Source: Ranitomeya imitator | Lineage: Eukaryota | Assembly: GCF_032444005.1 (NCBI RefSeq) | Contig: NC_091291.1 | Span: 142,290,001-142,354,000 of the forward strand | DNA: 64,000 nucleotides | Reading direction: 5' to 3' | Program-made: the position numbers and the translations under genes | Shown: positions 57,211 through 64,000 of the stretch, one piece after another | Numbering within the stretch: the first letter of the stretch is position 1 | Layout of the letters: each line of letters starts with the position of its first letter | The notes under the pieces: generated by a model | The model's database searches: none | Told to the model about the DNA's origin: nothing | Seen by the model: the letters and a program-made list of their open reading frames with translations, nothing else

Positions 57211-57613
57211 GAAAATACATCTTAAATAACGTGCTAGGATCCCCTCTGTGTGTTGGTAGAGTTGGCAGCGGGGCATTATTGGGCTTCGTCCACATGACAC
57301 AAAGTACAATCCACACTGACAAAAGCACAAACTCGTGTGGCTTCTGCCTCCAGAAATGCTGTGGAATTACCCCAAATTTCACTCTTTGTGTCAGAAAATA
57401 TGAAATCCGCAGAAAAAGATTGTGCAATTTACGTTGAGGATTTTATTTGTAGCTTGTGAATAAAATGTTATCTAAAATACTGCTATTGTAAGTCTCTGCC
57501 CAGAAAATCCGCTGTGTCCCACCCATGTGGACGGATCCTGACGGACGGGTGTGGCAAACAGGCGGTGCAGGGAGTAGCCCTTATTTAGAGACCCCCAGTG
57601 GCACAGTAAGAAG

Positions 57614-57796
57614 CAGTGGCGTAACTTGAAACTCATGGGTGGGCCCCAATGCGAAAGCTCCAATGGGGCCCCCAAATAGTTTAAATCTTTAATAGCAATA
57701 GTCTTTTTCTATAGGCCAAAGGGACCTTTAGGGCCCCCTAGGCTCCAAGGCCCGGGTGCGATTGCAACCCCTGCACCTGTTGTAGTTACACCCCTG
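57614..57796. mobile_element. hAT-type MITE (183 bp)
   Basis: GTAAGAAG|CAGTGGCGTAACT ... AGTTACACCCCTG|GTAAGAAG (perfect 8-bp TSD). Confidence 0.92.
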
Positions 57797-58392
57797 GTAA
57801 GAAGGCCCGAGCTGCCAGTCACTTTGGGGGCAGCCTGGCTTTGGTGGGCCGGTGGGCATTTCTCATGGTCGCTGTATAAAGAGCGCTTGGGACGCCGTGA
57901 TCGCCGGGCGACTGTTCCATCTTCACTAGACACTGCCACAAAGAAATTGCCAATGTCTTTGAGAAAAGTCTCTTTAATTTTGTTTCCTTCCCCAGATAAT
58001 CCCACCCAGCAAGAGAAATGTACCGTGCAATAATCTGTGAGTAACGCATCCCCCTGACAGCCCCTTTCACCCCGCGCCCACCACTTCCCATCCACAATAT
58101 CCAGACCCTTCTTCATCCAGTTTATGAAGACCTCTCATTTTCTGAGGATTGGTGCAGTCTCTGCGTCTTCTCTGTTGTTCATTTTGCCTTTTTGGGGGGT
58201 AATGAGGATATTTAAAGGGAGACGTTATTTTAGAAAGGACTTGGCGTGAAAGTGGTTGTTGGGAAGTGAGAACAAAGGACAGAGCTGCCTCTATTCAGGA
58301 GACGCTGGCACAAGCCACTGAGCAGCACTACAAGACGTGCCCAGCGTGGAGAAGACATGCAAATCACTGCTGGGGCACCCAGCTTCACCAAG

Positions 58393-58477
58393 ATGAAGCC
58401 AGAGCGAGCGGGCGACCTGCGGGCCCTCGGCTGCCCATCTCTCCTTCACCTGCTGTGGCTGCTGGCCGTCCATACAG
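58393..58477 (+). CDS. HEPACAM: HepaCAM/GlialCAM coding exon 1 (signal peptide); the remaining exons should lie right of the window
   Basis: MKPERAGDLRALGCPSLLHLLWLLAVHT plus 1 nt, then CAG|gtgagg. The 85-nt phase-1 exon resembles recalled human MKRERGALSR...VYLLLIQT|D, and the gene is divergent from CCDC15 as in human. Confidence 0.85.
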
Positions 58478-58899
58478 GTGAGGCTGGGGGGCTGCGGGGG
58501 TGTAAGCTCTTCTGTCCAGGCTCTCCCCTGCTATAGTGGATATTAATGATGTCACTTTTTCTGTGTACCCCTCATACATACATACCAGGCGTGGGGGGTT
58601 CACATGCAGCGGTTTTGCTTGGCGGCATTTATCTTCATGCATCTATGGGAAACTGCTTTACTTTTTGCACATATTTTGATAACTTTCCTACACATCTGAT
58701 CGCTTGCTACAGTGTATCAGTGCAGGTGACAGGTGCTGCAGCTGGCTCATATACCAAATGTATCCCCAGCCCCCACTACCCCGTGTGCGCCATAGCAAGG
58801 TGGTCTCCTGACAGCGAGAAGCTGCTCATCCCATATGCACTTTATTACAATCAGAGACTGTTAGTGATTAACCCTCAGTGCACCCAGTGATCCCCCCAA

Positions 58900-60976
58900 T
58901 GATGGCACTGTGGATATCACTGTTATTATGGGGGCACTGTGGATATCACTGTTATTATGGGGCACTGTGGATATCACCGTTATTATGGGGACACTGTGGG
59001 TATCACTGTTATTATGGGGGCACTGTGGATATCACTGTTATTATGGGGACACTGTGGATATCACTGTTATTATGGGGACACTGTGGATATCACTGTTATT
59101 ATGGGGACACTGTGGATATCACTGTTATTATGGGGACACTGTGGATATCGCTGTTATTATGGGGGGCACTGTGGGTATCACCGTTATTATGGGGACACTG
59201 TGGATATCACTGTTATTATGGGGCACTGTGGATATCACTGTTATTATGGGGGCACTGTGGATATCACTGTTATTATGGGGGCACTGTGGGTATCACTGTT
59301 ATTATGGGGACAGTGTGGATATCACTGTTATTATGGGGCACTGTGGATATCACTGTTATTATGGGGGCACTGTGGATATCACTGTTATTATGGGGGCACT
59401 GTGGGTATCACTGTTATTATGGGGACACTGTGGATATCACTGTTATTATGGGGACACTGTGGGTATCACTGTTATTATGGGGCACTGTGGGTATCACCGT
59501 TATTATGGGGACACTGTGGATATCACTGTTATTATGGGGACACTATGGATATCACCGTTATTATGGGGACACTATGGATATCACCGTTATTATGGGGACA
59601 CTGTGGATATCACCGTTATTATGGGACACTGTAGATATCACCGTTATTATGGGGCACTGTGGATATCACTGTTATTATGGGGTAATGTGGATATCACTGT
59701 TATTATGGGGGCACTGTGGATATCACTGTTATTATGGGGGCACTGTGGATATCACTGTTATTATGGGGACACTGTAGATATCACCGTTATTATGGGACAC
59801 TGTAGATATCACTGTTATTATGGGGTAATGTGGATATCACTGTTATTATGGGGGCACTGTGGATATCGCTGTTATTATGGGGGCACTGTGGATATCACTG
59901 TTATTATGGGGCACTGTGGATATCACCGTTATTATGGGGACACTGTGGATATCACCGTTATTATGGGACACTGTGGATATCACTGTTATTATGGGGCACT
60001 GTGGATATCACTGTTATTATGGGGGCACTGTGGATATCACTGTTATTATGGGGCACTGTGGATATCACCGTTATTATGGGGGCACTGTGGATATCACTGT
60101 TATTATGGGGACACTGTGGATATCACTGTTATTATGGGGACACTGTGGATATCACTGTTATTATGGGGACACTGTGGATATCACTGTTATTATGGGGACA
60201 CTGTGGATATCACTGTTATTATGGGGACACTGTGGATATCTCCGTTATTATGGGGCACTGTGGATATCACCGTTATTATGGGGACACTGTGGATATCACT
60301 GTTATTATGGGGCACTGTGGGTATCACTGTTATTATGGGGACACTGTGGATATCACTGTTATTATGGGGACACTGTGGATATCACTGTTATTATGGGGAC
60401 ACTGTGGATATCACTGTTATTATGGGGACACTGTGGGTATCACCGTTATTATGGGGCACTGTGGGTATCACCGTTATTATGGGGACACTGTGGATATCAC
60501 CGTTATTATGGGGACACTGTGGATATCACCGTTATTATGGGGACACTATGGATATCACCGTTATTATGGGGACACTGTGGATATCACCGTTATTATGGGG
60601 CACTGTGGATATCACTGTTATTATGGGGGCACTGTGGATATCGCTGTTATTATGGGGGCACTGTGGATATCGCTGTTATTATGGGGCACTGTGGATATCA
60701 CTGTTATTATGGGGGCATTGTGGATATCACTGTTATTATGGGGACACTGTGGATATCACCGTTATTATGGGACACTGTAGATATCACTGTTATTATGGGG
60801 CACTGTGGATATCACTGTTATTATGGGGGCACTGTGGATATCACTGTTATTATGGGGCACTGTGGATATCACCGTTATTATGGGGGCACTGTGGATATCA
60901 CTGTTATTATGGGGACACTGTGGATATCACTGTTATTATGGGGACACTGTGGATATCACTGTTATTATGGGGGCAC
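58900..60976. repeat. 29-30-bp minisatellite (GCACTGTGGATATCACTGTTATTATGGGG)n, left part, in HEPACAM intron 1
   Basis: Direct periodicity; length variation lies mainly in the G run. Confidence 0.98.
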
Positions 60977-63695
60977 CAGAGGCGTAGCTAGAGCTTTTGC
61001 CGCCCGGGGCTGTTCCCGAGTTTGGCGCCCCCCCCCCCCCCCCGGCTCAATACACACAAAGGTTACCAAAAACGGTTTTCCTGTTTTGTAGAACTTAAAC
61101 TGGGCCTAATGGTGTCACCCCCACATGCCACACCTGTGACTTAATACCACCACACCATGACCAGGCCACATAGTGACCGAATAATACTACATACAAGGGA
61201 CAAATACCACCGCACCATTTCCAGACCACATATTACCACCACATAGTGACTGAATACTACAATACTGATCAGTAATAAAAAAAAAAAAACACAATACTAT
61301 CACCATAAGTGCCAGTATTCACAGGAGATCTGTACTTAGAATGCAGTGTCTGTGTAGAGGTAATACAGAGATCACTGGTGACATTATACACAGGACCTCT
61401 ATATAGTATACAGTGTATAGTGTCAGTGTATAGGTAACACTGACTCACCAGTGACGTCTCTAGGTGAAGTCCTTCATCTTTCATCCAGCACAGACCGCCA
61501 TCATTCCTTCCAGCCAGGACTCGTTTCTGCAGGAAATAACACAGTTATCTCGAGCTCCGCTTGCAGAACACATTACTTAATTTTTCACAACTTCTACATT
61601 ACACCACATGAAGAAAAAAAGGTGATATAGTGTCACTCTGCACAGTAACAGGACCGCCCCCCCATTTAAAACAGTACACTCAAAAAATAAAATAAATACA
61701 TCACTGCAGTAATAATATCCCTTAATTAGCCCCTATGGTAATAATATTGCCCACCCTGGCCCCGTTTCTCATTCCTGGCTCCAGCCATATGTTCTCGCAT
61801 CCTGCCCTCATGAGTATCCATTCTACCCCATATGATCTCCCCATCCTGCCCCACCAGCCTCCATCGTATCCGTCCTGCCCCATGATCCAATCCTGCCCCG
61901 TGTCTCCAATCATGCCCCGTATCTACATTCTGCCCATGCCTCAAGTCCTGCCCCCAGTGTGTCCAGCATATTACCCCCATGTTGTCCAGCAATCTGCCCC
62001 AGTGTGTCCAGCATATTACCCCCAGTGTGTCCAGCAATCTGCCCCAGTATGTCCAGCACTGCCCCCAGTGTGTCCAGCAATCTGCCCCAGTGTCCAGCCT
62101 TTCCCCAGTGTGTCCAGCAGTCTGCCCCAGTGTGTCCAGCATATTACCCCCAGTGTCCAGCATTGCCCCAGTGTGTCCAGCATATTACCCCCAGTGTGTC
62201 CAGCAATCTGCCCCAGTGTCCAGCATTGCCCCAGTGTGTCCAGAAGTCTGCCCCAGGGTCTCCAGCATTGCCTCAATGTGTCCAGAAATCTGCCCCAGGG
62301 TCTCCAGTATTGCCCCAGTGTGTCCAGCAATCTGCCCCATGGTCTCCTGTATTGCCCCAGTGTGTCCAGCATTCTGCCCCATGGTCTCCAGTATTGCCCC
62401 GGTGTATCCAGCAATCTGCCCCATGGTCTCCTGTATTGCCCCAGTGTGTCCAGCATTCTGCCCCATGGTCTCCAGTATTGCCCCGGTGTGTCCAGCAATC
62501 TGCCCCATGGTCTCCAGTATTGCCCCAGTATGTCCAGAAGTCTGCCCAGGGTCTCCAGCATTGCCTCAATGTGTCCTGAAATCTGCCCCATGGTCTCCAG
62601 TATTCAGTGTGTCCAGCAATCTGCCCCATAGTCTCCTGTATTGCCCCAGTGTGTCCAGCATTCTGCCCCATGGTCTCCAGTATTTCCCCAGTGTGTCCAG
62701 CATTCTGCCCCATGGTCTCCAGTATTGCCCCAGTGTGTCCAGCAATCTGCCCCATGGTCTCCAGTATTGCCCCAGTGTGTCCAGCAATCTGCCCCATGGT
62801 CTCCTGTATTGCCCCAGTGTGTCCAGCATTCTGCCACATGGTCTCCTGTATTGCCCCAGTGTGTCCAGCAATCTGCCCCATGGTCTCCTGTATTGCCCCA
62901 GTGTGTCCAGCATTCTGCCACATGGTCTCCTGTATTGCCCCAGTGTGTCCAGCATTCTGCCCCATGGTCTCCAGTATTGCCCCAGTGTGTCCAGCAATCT
63001 GCCCCATGGTCTCCTGTATTGCCCCAGTGTGTCCAGCATTCTGCCACATGGTCTCCTGTATTGCCCCAGTGTGTCCAGCAATCTGCCCCATGGTCTCCAG
63101 TATTGCCCCAGTGTGTCCAGCAATCTGCCCCATAGTCTCCTGTATTGCCCCAGTGTGTCCAGCAATCTGCCCCATGGTCTCATGTATTGCCCCAGTGTGT
63201 CCAGCAATCTGCCCCATGGTCTCATGTATTGCCCCAGTGTGTCCAGCATTCTGCCCCATGGTCTCCAGCATTGCCCCAGCCCCAGACAGTGAGACATAAA
63301 GAAAAAAAAAAAAAAGTAAAATCCTCACCTCTCCCGTTCCTAGCGCAGGTCCGGTGCAGTCAGCGTCTCTCCGGCTCTGCGACGCTCAGGACAGAGAGGC
63401 AGAGCGGCGCGCACAGTAGTGACGTCATCGCGCCCTCTGCTCTGAGACGTCGCAGAGTCAGAGGAGGCTGCAGCTGCCGGCGCCGCAGGAACCAGGAGAG
63501 GTGAGTATAGAGCGGGGGGCGGGGTCCGGTGGTGGGGGGAGCTGGCCCTGGTCGTGGCGGCGGATGGCGCCGCCCGAAGATTTAAAGGGGCGTCTTTTTT
63601 TTTTTTTTTTTTTTTCTTCTGCAGCGCCGGCCGCCCCCCGCATTGTGCCGCCCGGGGCGGACCGCCCCCCCCGCACCCCCCTTCCTACGCCACTG
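60977..63695. mobile_element. hAT-type non-autonomous element (2719 bp) inserted into the 29-30-bp satellite
   Basis: GGGGGCAC|CAGAGGCGTAG ... CTACGCCACTG|GGGGGCAC (perfect 8-bp TSD); no transposase ORF. Confidence 0.92.
61945..63285. repeat. Internal minisatellite of the hAT element: ~21-22-bp monomers grading into a 43-bp dimer (CCAGTGTGTCCAGCAATCTGCCCCATGGTCTCCAGTATTGCCC)
   Basis: Direct periodicity. Confidence 0.95.
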
Positions 63696-64000
63696 GGGGG
63701 CACTGTGGATATCACTGTTATTATGGGGACACTGTGGATATCACTGTTATTATGGGGACACTGTGGATATCACTGTTATTATGGGGACACTGTGGATATC
63801 ACTGTTATTATGGGGACACTGTGGATATCACTGTTATTATGGGGGCACTGTGGATATCACTGTTATTATGGGGACACTGTGGATATCACTGTTATTATGG
63901 GGCACTGTGGGTATCACTGTTATTATGGGACACTGTGGATATCACTGTTATTATGGGGGCACTGTGGATATCACTGTTATTATGGGGCACTGTAGATATC
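63696..64000. repeat. 29-30-bp minisatellite, right part (continues past the window end)
   Basis: Same unit as 58900-60976, resuming in register after the TSD. Confidence 0.97.

Noticed and set aside
58645-58740. MGNCFTFC... start resembling a myristoylated/palmitoylated protein
   Set aside because: Lies in HEPACAM intron 1, is short, and has no homologue I recognise; likely chance.
58878-63328. Very long ORFs (up to 693 aa) rich in Cys/Tyr/Gly/His or Pro/Gln/Cys
   Set aside because: They are translations of minisatellites that are open in several frames and on both strands; they lie in HEPACAM intron 1 with no splice or homology support.

Overview
Vertebrate genomic DNA, most likely a frog. 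The species guess rests on the transposon set: TTAA-flanked Kolobok/T2-like and piggyBac-like MITEs, DIRS, Tc1, hAT, Harbinger MITEs, a V-SINE with an L2 tail, and Penelope relics. Three genes can be recognised, in the order I recall for human 11q24.2. (1) Coding exon 1 of SLC37A2 (minus strand, 6603-6661), with a compact TATA/M-box/GC-box promoter. (2) A complete 10-exon CCDC15 coding model (minus strand, 22194-53992, about 484-490 aa); every junction has GT-AG ends and matching phase. (3) Coding exon 1 of HEPACAM (plus strand, 58393-58477), head-to-head with CCDC15. About one third of the window is minisatellite (12 arrays with 20-43 bp units), and nearly all long ORFs in the supplied track are artefacts of these arrays. 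The 14.9-kb CCDC15 intron 6 holds a nested transposon stack, including a decayed DIRS element with both termini and its ICR. I found no convincing new protein-coding system. The most interesting pattern is that several arrays visibly arise from, or sit inside, transposon sequences (L2 tail, DIRS terminal repeat, DIRS gag region, hAT interior). Gene and family names come from my recall of homologous sequences, not from database searches. Exon and TSD coordinates were counted by hand; array and relic boundaries are approximate.
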